Shown: positions 18,899 to 29,253, counted from the stretch's first letter. The stretch: DNA of 64,000 bases from an uncultured Akkermansia sp. (GCA_949296365.1 CASFPZ010000016.1:17157-81156), one strand, 5' to 3'. Program-made: numbers and translations. Notes: a model not told the origin generated them from the sequence alone.

Positions 18899-20115
18899 CT
18901 ATTATATCGTGTGGGATTGGACCAGCTTCTCTACCCTCACGTTCCTACCAAGAAATAGACCAAGCAGAATTCATCTTCGGTTCCCAGAAGCTTTTGGAAC
19001 AATTGGGCAATTCCACAGCCCAATGTATTCCATTAGGAGCTGATGCCCGCACAAAAGCCGCTCAAGCTCTCGATTTAGCCCAGCAAAATTGCCGAGTCGT
19101 CTTGTTAGCCTCCGGCGATGCCCTATTCCATGGTATTGGAGGAACAATTCATACACTCCTCCAGGAACGCCAACACAGCGACAACCTCGTCCAGTTTATT
19201 CCCGCAGAAACGGCTTTTCAGGCACTATTCCATAAACTGGGACTTTCTTGGGACAATGCAAGAGTCTTCAGCGCCCACAAAGACGGTCTCCATCCTTGGG
19301 GAGAAATTCTATCATCACCCCTTGCTGTTATCTATGGAGGTTTTCCATGGACAGCCGATCACTTAGCGGCCGAATGCCTACGCCGCAGTCCCGCTAGCGC
19401 CACTCGTCTTGCAGTGGCAGCAGAAGACCTCGGTACACCACAAGAACGTATTATTCAGGCCCCACTCGCTCAATTAGCTCAGGAATCTTTTAGCCCGACC
19501 TCGATCCTTCTCTTGTTACCCTCCCTCGACGCACACCACGCAGCCACTCTGCCTCTTGGTATAGACAACGAGCAATACTCTAAAGAAAATAATCTCATCA
19601 CCGACCAAGATGTTCGAGCCATTATCCTGGCCAGGTTACAGTTACCCGCTTGGGGGGTTTTATGGGATATCGGTGCAGGGAGTGGTTCCATTGGACTAGA
19701 AGCCGCCGCCCTCCGCCCCGCATTGCGAGTCTTAGGATTAGAGAAAAACCCAGCAAGGCTTGCCAATATTCTCGAAAATCGCAATCGGTTGGCAACACCC
19801 AATTACGAACTTCTCGAAGGGACAGCCCCGAACGATCTTATCAAAATGCCACAGCCAGACCGCATTTTCATCGGCGGAGGCGGACCAGCTATGGAATCAA
19901 TTTTGAGTGCCAGTCTGCATGCACTTCACCCCGGAGGGCGAATTGTCGTCTCGGCAGTAACACTAGAAAGCACCCATCTCGTTTATTCACTCTTCCCAGC
20001 CCATCGTATTGATTTTACTGAAATAACGATTGCACGAGAACGTTCCCTTGCAGGCCATTACCACAGCTTGCAAGCCGGGAACCGCATTTCTATTTTTACG
20101 TTTTCCAATCCATGA
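18886..20115 (+). CDS. cbiET: Fused C5,C15-methyltransferase/decarboxylase CbiET
   Basis: LASGDALFHGIG (CbiE) followed by ITDQDVR...LWDIGAGSGSIGLE and PDRIFIGGG (CbiT). Confidence 0.92.
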   Translation: MPPLTIISCGIGPASLPSRSYQEIDQAEFIFGSQKLLEQLGNSTAQCIPLGADARTKAAQALDLAQQNCRVVLLASGDALFHGIGGTIHTLLQERQHSDNLVQFIPAETAFQALFHKLGLSWDNARVFSAHKDGLHPWGEILSSPLAVIYGGFPWTADHLAAECLRRSPASATRLAVAAEDLGTPQERIIQAPLAQLAQESFSPTSILLLLPSLDAHHAATLPLGIDNEQYSKENNLITDQDVRAIILARLQLPAWGVLWDIGAGSGSIGLEAAALRPALRVLGLEKNPARLANILENRNRLATPNYELLEGTAPNDLIKMPQPDRIFIGGGGPAMESILSASLHALHPGGRIVVSAVTLESTHLVYSLFPAHRIDFTEITIARERSLAGHYHSLQAGNRISIFTFSNP

Positions 20116-22757
20116 ATAACCAATCTTCACCCGTCTTTTTCGTAGGAGCCGGTCCAGGAGCCGACGACCTGATCACCTTGCGCGGCGCCCACTTACTCGA
20201 GTCGGCAGATGTTGTCGTCTATGCAGGTTCGCTCGTTTCTCCAGACCAGTTAGCACGTTGTAAATCTGACTGTCAAATTCATGACAGCGCACGCCTCTCT
20301 CTCGAAGAACAGGTTGAGATTATGTATCGAAACGCTATTCTAGGGAAATTAGTCGTTCGACTCCACACAGGCGACCCCTCCATGTATGGCGCTATCGCAG
20401 AACAGATCAAAAAACTCAACGAATTGGGAATCTCGTCAGAAATTGTACCAGGAGTCAGCAGCGTCTTTGCAGCAGCAGCAGCACTCAAAACCGAATTGAC
20501 CAGCCCTGGAGGTTCCCAAAGTCTTGTTTTGACTCGTACGGCAGGACGGACCCCCATGCCATCAGGGGAAACCCCAACAGCATTTGCAAAAACAGGCGCA
20601 ACGTTAGCCTTTTTTTTAAGCATGGGAAAAATAGAATCGCTGATGGCAGAACTAATCGCTGCAGGTCTTGATCCACAAACACCCGCCGCTATTGCATATC
20701 GAGTTTCATGGCCCAACGAACTCATCATCAAAGGTACGATCGAGACTCTCGCCACACAAGCAAAAGAAGCAGGCATTGGGCGCCAAGCACTCATCCTTGT
20801 CGGTCGAGCGCTCGCAGGCAATAGCGATCATTCTCGTCTCTACGACCATAAGTTCAGTCATGGTTACCGTAACCAGTTACCCAATGAATCTTTTGTTGGC
20901 CGCTGTGCTCTCTATGCTTTCACGGACAAAGGTGTAGCCAAAGCTCTCGAAATTGCTTCGGCACTGCCTGATGCTGAAATCTACACAACGCGGCCAATTA
21001 CTACTCAACAACCAGGAGTCTACTCCATGACTTCCGCTGAGTGGAACACCCAATTTTCACGCCATTGGGGAACTTTCGACGCACATATTTTTATTGGGGC
21101 AACAGGCATTGCCGTCCGCAAAATTGCTCCATTTCTCAATGCTAAGACTCACGATCCAGCCGTGGTTTCATGTTCAGAGAATGGGCATTGGGTCATTAGC
21201 TTAAGTTCCGGCCACTTAGGGGGCGCCAACCGTCTCTGCCGAAAGATCGCACGCATTACCGGAGGACAAGCTATTATTAGTACAGCCACCGATTCTCGCA
21301 ACCTGACAGCTTTCGATGAAGCAGCTGTGATAGAAAGCGCTTTTATCGAAAACCCACAGCTCATCAAAGCGGTTAATTCGGCATTGTTAAATGGACAAGC
21401 AATTCTGTTCGACGGACCTAAAGATTATTTTGACCGTTATTGGAGCGCCTGTCCCAATGTTCGCCGCGGCACACTACCAGAAAAGCAGGTTGGTGAATTT
21501 GCCGTTGTGTGGTCTGATAGCCAACACGAGTCAATTACCCAACAAACAGATGTTTTGTTCATTTGTAGCCGATCCATTGTACTTGGAGTTGGCTGCAATC
21601 GAGATACAAGCATAGAATCACTCCGTTGTTCAGCCGAAGATTTTCTTTCACGACATAACTGGGCACCACGCCAATTGGCAGGATTGGCAACCTGTACCGT
21701 CAAAGCCGACGAGTCGGCAATCCGCCAATTAGCAGACGAATGGCAATTGCCTCTGTTGTTTTTCACTCCAGAGCAATTATCCACAATTTCCGTTCCACAT
21801 CCATCTGCCATTGTCAAAGAAAAAGTTGGGACTCCTTCCGTTAGCGAAGCATCTGCCATCCTCGCAACAGGCCAAGGGAAACTTCTTGCTAGTAAAACGC
21901 GTTACAACGATGCAACTTTTGCCGCAGCGCTTTGTCGATCTAGAGTTCAAGTTTCCGATATTTCTTTAACAAAAGATACACCTTCGCCAGTTGGACGACT
22001 TTTGGTTGTAAGTTTGGGGTCTGGATCTCCGGAACACATTACGCCACAAGCCACCGAAGCCATCGATACAAGCGACATCATTGCAGGGTACACTCACTAT
22101 GTCGATATGATTCGCGATCGGATCGGTTCAAAACCAGTCATCCAAACAGGCATGCTTGGCGAAGTATCGCGCTGCCAAGCAGCATTAGAGGCAGCAGCTT
22201 CAGGGAAAACCGTTTGCATGGTCTGCTCGGGCGATGCAGGCATCCTTGCTATGGCCGGGTTGCTTTATGAAATGCAGAATTGCAATCCCCAATTTGCCTT
22301 AGTCGATATTGTTGTCATTCCCGGTATTACTGCAGCCAGTTTAGCAGCTTCAGCCCTAGGAGCCCCTCTGCAAAATGGATATTGCCTCATTAGCCTATCA
22401 GATCTGTTAATTCCTGGGGATGAAGTACGTGACAATATCGAACATGCCGTTCACACGCATCTACCAGTCGTATTCTATAATCCAGCTGGCCGCAAACGCC
22501 GCCAGATCATGGAAGATGCAGTCAACCGGTTCCGTCAAGTTCGTGGCGATCAAACACCAGCGGCAATTGTCCGGAATGCAGGCCGTCCTACCCAGAGAAT
22601 CTGGACAGGAACTTTAAAGGATTTCCCCTTCGAACAGGTAGATATGTCCAGCCTCATTCTCATCGGAGGCAAACGCACAGTCCTGATCGATCACCTCATG
22701 TACGAAGCTCGCGGCTATGCCGACAAGTATCGAATAAACCCCACCCCGCAAGAATAA
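20112..22757 (+). CDS. cbiFGH: Triple fusion CbiF-CbiG-CbiH
   Basis: VGAGPGADDLIT...RLHTGDPSMYGA (CbiF); GATGIAVRKIAP...DPAVV...SGHLGGAN, LGVGCNR, VSEASA (CbiG); SLGSG...SGDAGILAMA...FYNP (CbiH). Confidence 0.93.
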   Translation: MNNQSSPVFFVGAGPGADDLITLRGAHLLESADVVVYAGSLVSPDQLARCKSDCQIHDSARLSLEEQVEIMYRNAILGKLVVRLHTGDPSMYGAIAEQIKKLNELGISSEIVPGVSSVFAAAAALKTELTSPGGSQSLVLTRTAGRTPMPSGETPTAFAKTGATLAFFLSMGKIESLMAELIAAGLDPQTPAAIAYRVSWPNELIIKGTIETLATQAKEAGIGRQALILVGRALAGNSDHSRLYDHKFSHGYRNQLPNESFVGRCALYAFTDKGVAKALEIASALPDAEIYTTRPITTQQPGVYSMTSAEWNTQFSRHWGTFDAHIFIGATGIAVRKIAPFLNAKTHDPAVVSCSENGHWVISLSSGHLGGANRLCRKIARITGGQAIISTATDSRNLTAFDEAAVIESAFIENPQLIKAVNSALLNGQAILFDGPKDYFDRYWSACPNVRRGTLPEKQVGEFAVVWSDSQHESITQQTDVLFICSRSIVLGVGCNRDTSIESLRCSAEDFLSRHNWAPRQLAGLATCTVKADESAIRQLADEWQLPLLFFTPEQLSTISVPHPSAIVKEKVGTPSVSEASAILATGQGKLLASKTRYNDATFAAALCRSRVQVSDISLTKDTPSPVGRLLVVSLGSGSPEHITPQATEAIDTSDIIAGYTHYVDMIRDRIGSKPVIQTGMLGEVSRCQAALEAAASGKTVCMVCSGDAGILAMAGLLYEMQNCNPQFALVDIVVIPGITAASLAASALGAPLQNGYCLISLSDLLIPGDEVRDNIEHAVHTHLPVVFYNPAGRKRRQIMEDAVNRFRQVRGDQTPAAIVRNAGRPTQRIWTGTLKDFPFEQVDMSSLILIGGKRTVLIDHLMYEARGYADKYRINPTPQE

Positions 22758-22773
22758 CGATCGTTCACCAACG

Positions 22774-24699
22774 ATGTCTGAATCCAGTCAATCCAGTCCT
22801 TTTCACGCTTGCTGCATCGCTGCTCCACGGTCTGGCGAAGGGAAAACTACGGTTACTCTCGCCCTCATGCGCGCTTTTCGCAACCGTGGGCTATTCGTTC
22901 AAGGATTCAAATGTGGACCAGATTATATCGATCCATCGTTTCACCGCCAAGCATCTGGACACGAATCCATCAATCTCGATACTTGGATGATGGGACAACA
23001 AGGAGTTATCAATACCTGGCGCCACTATATTGCTCAAGCCGATATGGCAGTATGCGAGGGAGTCATGGGTCTGTTCGATTCTCGAGAACCAGGTAATATC
23101 GAGGGAAGTACAGCAGACTGTGCGGCCACCCTCAATATTCCCGTTGTTCTCGTCGTGCAAACACGCGGCATGGCAGGTTCCATTGCAGCACTTGTAGCTG
23201 GATTTCGTAATTTTTTACCTCGTTTAAAATTAGCAGGAATCATCGCCAATGGAGTTGGCAGCGCCCGGCATGTTGACATTTTATCTCAAGCCTTGGAACG
23301 AGAAGGATTACCCCCACTTCTCGGTTCATTGCCTTTTCAAAACAAGCAATCCCTGCCAGAACGCCAGCTAGGTCTCGTCCCAGCAGAAGAATGTCAAGAA
23401 CTCGAACCCTGGTTCGAAGCCATGGGACAACTAGCTGAAGACAGATTCGACTTGAAACGCCTCTTCGAACTCAGTCAATGTCCTCGCCCCACAGATTCAT
23501 CTCCATCGCCAACGATAACACTCAGACCATGTCTCAAACGACTCGGCATTGCTCGAGACAAAGCCTTTCGCTTCTATTACGAAGAGAATCTCCGTTTTCT
23601 CAAAGCACAAGGCTGGGAACTCGTTCCTTTTTCTCCATTGGAGAATTCTGAACTACCTCAAAATCTTGATTCATTGTACATCGGCGGAGGGTACCCTGAA
23701 GAATTCGCCCCCCAACTTGCCTCCAACGTTTCCATGAGGCAGTCCATCTTTCAATTTGCTCAATCAGGCCACATGATTTACGCCGAATGCGGCGGCTACA
23801 TGTACCTAGGGAAAAACCTGATAGTTCAAGACAAGAAGTTCCCGATGTGTGGCGTTATCAATGGGACTTGCACCATGGGACAAAAGCTGCGTTCGTTAGG
23901 GTATCGCGAAGTTGAATGGCAACCCCATCGTTTTCCCTGGCGGCCCGATGTTCAACGATTGCGAGGTCATGAGTTTCATTGGTCGAATATGGAACTACAC
24001 GAGACCTTACCCCCCCTTTATTCCTACCGCGACCGCCAAGGCAATTGGCACCAAGAAGGTATATATTCCGGCAATGTCATGGCCGGTTATATTCATCTAT
24101 TTTGGGCTTGTCTTCCCGAATCCCCCGACCAATTACGGTCGCGTTACTCTGGCCGGGTTTTGTTGCTCAATGGGGCCTCCAGTTCAGGGAAGACAAGCCT
24201 CGCCTATGCCTTAAGAAACATTTGTCCCGGTCCAGTTATGGTCTTTTCAATAGATCATTTTCTACCCCTTTGCGGCAATATTAGCCAATCGGTATCCCAA
24301 GCCGTCGATCAAACCAAGCTCCCTCTCATTGAAACCTTCCATGCCAGCGTTGCTGAGGCAGCTCGCGCCGGAGTCTTCGCCATTGTCGACCATGTCATCG
24401 GAGAAAACCCCGCCTGGCTAATCGACCTAGTTTCGCGCCTTGGATCCATCCCCCTCAAAATCGTCAAAGTGACCTGCCAACAAAAGCTCCTCCTCAACCG
24501 CGAACTCTCTCGAGAAGACCGTCCAGTCAATCCAGAACATGCCCTGCGCCAGTTCCAAACAATCCACAACAACATGCACTACGACTGCGAAGTCGATACG
24601 ACTTATGCCTCACCCGAACAACTTGCCACAGAAATTTTGGACACCCTAGGTCTTGATCCAACATTCCTCCCTCAGGCCCAAAGGAATTGCCACCCATAA
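22774..24699 (+). CDS. cbiA: Cobyrinate a,c-diamide synthase fused to a C-terminal chloramphenicol-phosphotransferase-like P-loop kinase
   Basis: SGEGKTT, FKCGPDYID, EGVMGLFD, YAECGGYMYL, GHEFH (CbiA), then RVLLLNGASSSGKTS...SIDHF...YDCEVDTT (CPT-like). Confidence 0.9.
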   Translation: MSESSQSSPFHACCIAAPRSGEGKTTVTLALMRAFRNRGLFVQGFKCGPDYIDPSFHRQASGHESINLDTWMMGQQGVINTWRHYIAQADMAVCEGVMGLFDSREPGNIEGSTADCAATLNIPVVLVVQTRGMAGSIAALVAGFRNFLPRLKLAGIIANGVGSARHVDILSQALEREGLPPLLGSLPFQNKQSLPERQLGLVPAEECQELEPWFEAMGQLAEDRFDLKRLFELSQCPRPTDSSPSPTITLRPCLKRLGIARDKAFRFYYEENLRFLKAQGWELVPFSPLENSELPQNLDSLYIGGGYPEEFAPQLASNVSMRQSIFQFAQSGHMIYAECGGYMYLGKNLIVQDKKFPMCGVINGTCTMGQKLRSLGYREVEWQPHRFPWRPDVQRLRGHEFHWSNMELHETLPPLYSYRDRQGNWHQEGIYSGNVMAGYIHLFWACLPESPDQLRSRYSGRVLLLNGASSSGKTSLAYALRNICPGPVMVFSIDHFLPLCGNISQSVSQAVDQTKLPLIETFHASVAEAARAGVFAIVDHVIGENPAWLIDLVSRLGSIPLKIVKVTCQQKLLLNRELSREDRPVNPEHALRQFQTIHNNMHYDCEVDTTYASPEQLATEILDTLGLDPTFLPQAQRNCHP

Positions 24700-24712
24700 A
24701 ACTCGCTACTTC

Positions 24713-26569
24713 TCAACGATAATTGGTCTGTAACAAATAACGCTGAACTTCATCCATACTCGTTGCAAGTATCGGGAATGGAATAAAATTCGCCCCGTCG
24801 GGATTTTTTTGTTTCCAGGTATCGCCCGTCACTTGAGGGATTCGATTTCCCGACCGAATTATTTCTTTTAACCATGCCGATTGAGGCATATGGCTCGCTT
24901 CTCCTGCGGTAAAAGGCATTTGCCTTCGCCAATTTGTACCGCCAACAGTGCCAGGCGTATTCAACCGCCAATCCAAATCGAATAATTCTGTCCACATCAA
25001 CGCCGCATAATTCGATCGGCAACGCATCAAGGCTAGAAACATAGAGTTCTTGATCGTTTCGTTCCACTCACAAAGCACTGATTTATAATCAATCTGGCAA
25101 TAATCAGCAAACCAACCTAACAAACGTATGGCATCTGCGGCACGTTGTCTAATTTCCTGTTTCTCCACAGGGCACGAATCCATCAATACCCCACGCTGGA
25201 AAATACCAGCTTTTCTTGCCCGCTCAATTTGCTCATATGCCTCATTCCATGTAGTCATAATTGTCACAAAATCATGAGTACCATATGTTGCAAATGAGCA
25301 AGGATGATACATGTTACCTGGCATAATGCACCCGTTACTCTGAATTTCCCAGTGAGGGATTTTGAAGCCCGCGATGCCCAATTGCCTCATATTGGGACGC
25401 ACATAATCAGGTACGCACCCCAAATCCTCTCCCACCACGCGAATGTCCGGCGCTGCCGCTAATAACATCCGTAAATATAAATCTCCCGCCATTAAATTCT
25501 GTTTGCGATTCCAGGGCGTATCGTCCCCTCTTGGCATAAACCCTGGCAATCTTCCCCCTGTTCGAGAAGCAGCCTCTGCATAGTTCAACGGCAAAAATGC
25601 TGCATTTTCCGTAGGTTTCCAAGGGAATGCATAGATCCGGTAAAATCCTAAAATGTGATCAATCCGAGCTATAGAAAAAATTGAAGCAGTTGCAGTTAAC
25701 CTCCGGCGCCACCAAGCATACTGTTCGCGAGCCATCACATCCCACCGATACAAGGGAATACCCCAATTCTGTCCCCATTTAGCAGTAAATGGGTCTTGAG
25801 AATAAGCCCCCTCCGCCGGAGCGCCACCACACCAATTCGTGTCAAATAAATGACGTTCAAAAAATACGTCAGAACTAGCCATCGATACTCCGATAGGTAT
25901 ATCCCCCATCAAGGCGATCCCTCGATAGTCAGCATAGCGACGAACCCCTTCGTATTGCCGGAACGCAACCCACTGCAACCATTTTTCAAACTCTTTTTCT
26001 TTTGCAAATTGTCGAGCGATATCACGAGCCCGATCAGGATCCTGCTCCGGCCAATGCCACCAAACATCCGTCCCAAAGAAATCAGACAAAACCTTAAAAC
26101 ACGCAAAATCCTCTAACCATGAACCCTGTTTTGCCTTCCAATTTTCAAACTCACCTCGCAGTACCTCCAGCATGTCGTCTTCCTGGAAATTCTTCCAGCA
26201 TTTCCGAAATACCCAATATTTCAATCTCCTCACTTTGGGATAATCCACTAAATTCGCCCCAGACGGATATTGCCATCCAGGCACTCCATCCTTATCAAAC
26301 ATTACCCGTCGCTTCATACCAGGTAACGCCCACGGTTCCATCGCAATATACAACGGTTCCAACGCTATGGAACTAATCGCTGAATATGGAGACGGATTCT
26401 CGTCACTCCCCAACGCATTCACGGGTAACAACTGCAAAAAACCGACATGATGCTCAGCCGCCCAATCGATCCATTCACGCAGAGCAATTAAATCGCCTAT
26501 GCCATGGTCGTTGTCTCTTCTCATTGAAAATAGAGGAAGTAAAAGCCCTGCTAAACGCCGATTTTCCAT
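24713..26569 (-). CDS. malQ: 4-alpha-glucanotransferase (GH77)
   Basis: AGLLLPLFSMR, LQLLP, SPYSAISS, GDIPIGV, QNWGIP, RIDHILG, GEDLG, GTHD, NTPGT...NW. Confidence 0.93.
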   Translation of the reverse strand: MENRRLAGLLLPLFSMRRDNDHGIGDLIALREWIDWAAEHHVGFLQLLPVNALGSDENPSPYSAISSIALEPLYIAMEPWALPGMKRRVMFDKDGVPGWQYPSGANLVDYPKVRRLKYWVFRKCWKNFQEDDMLEVLRGEFENWKAKQGSWLEDFACFKVLSDFFGTDVWWHWPEQDPDRARDIARQFAKEKEFEKWLQWVAFRQYEGVRRYADYRGIALMGDIPIGVSMASSDVFFERHLFDTNWCGGAPAEGAYSQDPFTAKWGQNWGIPLYRWDVMAREQYAWWRRRLTATASIFSIARIDHILGFYRIYAFPWKPTENAAFLPLNYAEAASRTGGRLPGFMPRGDDTPWNRKQNLMAGDLYLRMLLAAAPDIRVVGEDLGCVPDYVRPNMRQLGIAGFKIPHWEIQSNGCIMPGNMYHPCSFATYGTHDFVTIMTTWNEAYEQIERARKAGIFQRGVLMDSCPVEKQEIRQRAADAIRLLGWFADYCQIDYKSVLCEWNETIKNSMFLALMRCRSNYAALMWTELFDLDWRLNTPGTVGGTNWRRQMPFTAGEASHMPQSAWLKEIIRSGNRIPQVTGDTWKQKNPDGANFIPFPILATSMDEVQRYLLQTNYR

Positions 26570-26599
26570 ATATTATTCACCTGTTTAATAATTTAAAAT

Positions 26600-27235
26600 G
26601 ACTTTGTTACAACGTCAAGAAACGGGGCGCTTTATTGAGCTTATCTTTGTCGAAGTAAAAACACAAAAGATAAAATACAATGACAAAGAACTCAACAAAC
26701 CCCAGCAAAAGTAAACATAAAATCCGTAATTGGCAAGCGTACAATAAAAATCTTTGCAGCCGGGGCTCCTTGAGCTCTAGATCAATCAGGCTCTACTGAA
26801 TGAATGGAAGGACCTTTTGGATAAAAAAGAGTGGTCGGCGATATTGAGAAATGAGGTTATACAGGTTATCCCACCGCCAAAGAACGCCGTCCATCCTATC
26901 TCACCACAAGGCGAAGAAGCGCTCCATTTAGCCCAACGCAACCAAGCCATCAGGATATCGAACAAGAAGGGCTGGAGGTCTGAAAGAAGAAGATGGGTTA
27001 CCATCAGCGTTCTGTGAACGAAGCAGGCATGTTCCGCTACAAGACAATCTTTGTGGGAACTTGTCCGCATGTCAATTCAGCAATCAGTTGGCGGAAGTTA
27101 ACATGAAGCGCCTGTTATTGAACAGGTATGCCCAACTAGGTATGACGATGGCTTACAGAGAAGGTTGAAGGAGGCTTGATTTCAGAGAGAATTGATGTCT
27201 CTGCTCCCTTTTTTGCACAACGTTGCAACAAAGTC
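26600..27235 (+). mobile_element. Internally deleted IS5-family (IS903 group) element
   Basis: Terminal IRs GACTTTGTTACAACGT (26600-15) and ACGTTGCAACAAAGTC (27220-35), 15/16 complementary. Transposase remnants KHKIRNWQAYNKNLCSRGSL, VIPPPKNA, LLNRYAQLGM with frameshifts. No target duplication seen. Confidence 0.85.
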
Positions 27236-27366
27236 GCTTCAGAAGCTTTTTTGGGACTTATCAATACTCTGACTTCACCAACGAAAATCGCAGGAAGTTA
27301 CCGTTATATGAGCGCAAAGATAGCAGGCATTAATACCTTACGTACCATCATATTATTCTATTCTTA

Positions 27367-27971
27367 TTACAATTTCTTTAATATTTTCATTAAGCGCCCA
27401 AGTTCTGAGTAAGTATATTCTCTTCCACTTCTTTCTTTTTCATCCATAGACAAGTCTGCATTTTCCTCGGCTTTTTCAAGGCGTCCACCGTTTTTTCCAA
27501 ATAAGCATGTAACCCCTTACTCTTCTTGAAGAAAGCAATCGTCTTTTGATATTTTACACATTGATTTAAATCTTCTAACAACGATTTTTGCGTCTCATAC
27601 AAACGAGAAGTATAGTGGAAGTAATAAATAAAAAACAATTCTGTACAACGATGTGTATCAAAAAATTCGACCTTGCAGCATATGCCTTTCTTTGGCTTGT
27701 TGATAGGCTTGGCATACTTCTTCTTTAATTTTTGATATTGAGAACGCTCCGGTTCCACATTTTTCGTGTCCATATCTATGATGCAGAGAATATGACTGTA
27801 GCCCATATTCACACCTTCTTCAATCTTGTCAGTAAGTTCTTTAATGCTTGTATGTTTAGGGTCATCTGGCTTGATGGTTAACCGTTTGAATACATCACAC
27901 AACGAGTTGAAGTAGTAAAATTCCGTAGGACCTTCGCCTAAGATAAGAACTGTTTGTCATTGTTTTCCCAT
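27367..27971 (-). pseudogene. RloB/AbiLii-like TOPRIM protein, inactivated
   Basis: Reads MGKQ*QTVLILGEGPTEFYYF with an in-frame TGA at 27957-59. Adding one base to the T6 run at 27491-96 restores ...EKNGGRLEKAEENAD...YTYSELGRLMKILKKL*. Confidence 0.75.
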
Positions 27972-27972
27972 A

Positions 27973-29253
27973 TCAATCCTCCCAATTTATGAAGATACTA
28001 CCTAGCTCAGGTTTAGCTCCTAGACGACCAATATGATAGGAGTTGTAAAGAGACAAATTCTTGTGTAACCCAAAAGAGTCTCCACGAGAATACTCAGATG
28101 AAGCAGTTTCTCTTTTCTTTTCGACAAACCATACTACACCTCTGTTATCGTTGATTAAATCCTGAGAGAGGAGAGTTGTTTCTTGGCTTGTAATAATCAA
28201 CTGTGATTTTTCGGAACTGAAAATAAAAACGTTAAGATAGTAATATAATAGGTCGTAATGTAAATCCTCCCCTAATTCGTCAAGATAATACACATGAGGA
28301 CTTGTTATCATATCATATAGTGCTTCTAAAATACGTATATATTTTTGAGTACCTTTTGACTGCCACTTGAGAGGAATATCAAAATCTTCACTTTCCGAAT
28401 GATTGACAAATGTAATGGAATCAAAAGTAGATTTAAGCAACGCTTCTTTCATTCCCTCTGGGATATTTTCTTTTTGGATACGCTCGCGGAATTCATTAGG
28501 TACAAAACGATCTTCTACAATAGGCCTATATTCTAAAATATTCAAATCAGCTTTTCGAAGCATCATGTTATAAAACTTACGTTTTTTCGGGTCGCTATAA
28601 GCATTCTTTAATATTTCAACAAGACCTTTTTCCTCGTCATCATCCACATTGAGGTAATTATCCATCAACCAACTATGAAGCTTATTAAAGGGAGCTATGT
28701 CTTCTTTCAAGGCTGCTTTTCTGCACACCGACAAAACGCTATGATTATTCAACGTGTTCTCGCGAATGCTTTCTTGTGTTTTGACAAACAGTTTAAGGCT
28801 TGGTCCGAACTTGATTTCAGCCTGTACCTTATCATCGACAAATATGCGTTCGTAAAACAAAGACTTTGACTTGTTCGGATAGTAATACAGGCTCTCGTTT
28901 AGAATATACTTATCATTAAACTTCACCTCATAGTCATATCTTATGTCATCTGCATAAAACGACACATACATTTCGGTTGGGTCGTCTTTCGTTAGGGCAA
29001 AAGGAAGGTAGCCATGTATCCCCTGTTTGGCATCCGATTGGGGTAATACTAGCAAGCGAAAGACTTCATTTAATGCGATCAGCATATTTGATTTACCAGA
29101 AGCGTTGGAACCGAACAAAATCCCCAACTTGTATAAGAACACACCTTCAACAACCTCTGTTGCTAATTCCGAAGAAGGTCCTTTCGCTAAGAAATTTAAC
29201 TCTTGCTTATCGCGAATGGAAAGATAATTCTTTACACTAAATTTTCTTATCAT
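27973..29253 (-). CDS. AAA_21/ABC-type ATPase (RloA/AbiLi-like)
   Basis: MIRKFSVKNYLSI, GSNASGKSN Walker A, QSKGTQK signature, YYLDELGEDLH Walker B, YHIGRLGAKP C-terminus; directly upstream of the RloB-like gene. Confidence 0.88.
   Translation of the reverse strand: MIRKFSVKNYLSIRDKQELNFLAKGPSSELATEVVEGVFLYKLGILFGSNASGKSNMLIALNEVFRLLVLPQSDAKQGIHGYLPFALTKDDPTEMYVSFYADDIRYDYEVKFNDKYILNESLYYYPNKSKSLFYERIFVDDKVQAEIKFGPSLKLFVKTQESIRENTLNNHSVLSVCRKAALKEDIAPFNKLHSWLMDNYLNVDDDEEKGLVEILKNAYSDPKKRKFYNMMLRKADLNILEYRPIVEDRFVPNEFRERIQKENIPEGMKEALLKSTFDSITFVNHSESEDFDIPLKWQSKGTQKYIRILEALYDMITSPHVYYLDELGEDLHYDLLYYYLNVFIFSSEKSQLIITSQETTLLSQDLINDNRGVVWFVEKKRETASSEYSRGDSFGLHKNLSLYNSYHIGRLGAKPELGSIFINWED

Noticed and set aside
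20279-20821. Long antisense or alternate-frame ORFs (e.g. 20279-20821, 39649-40083, 62836-63804)
   Set aside because: They are shadows of well-supported genes (cbiFGH, recJ, GSIII) with no motifs of their own.
26591-27244. Target-site duplications around the IS903-type elements
   Set aside because: The flanks of every IR combination (26600/27235/29852/32195 and 55927/56895) do not match, so none is claimed.
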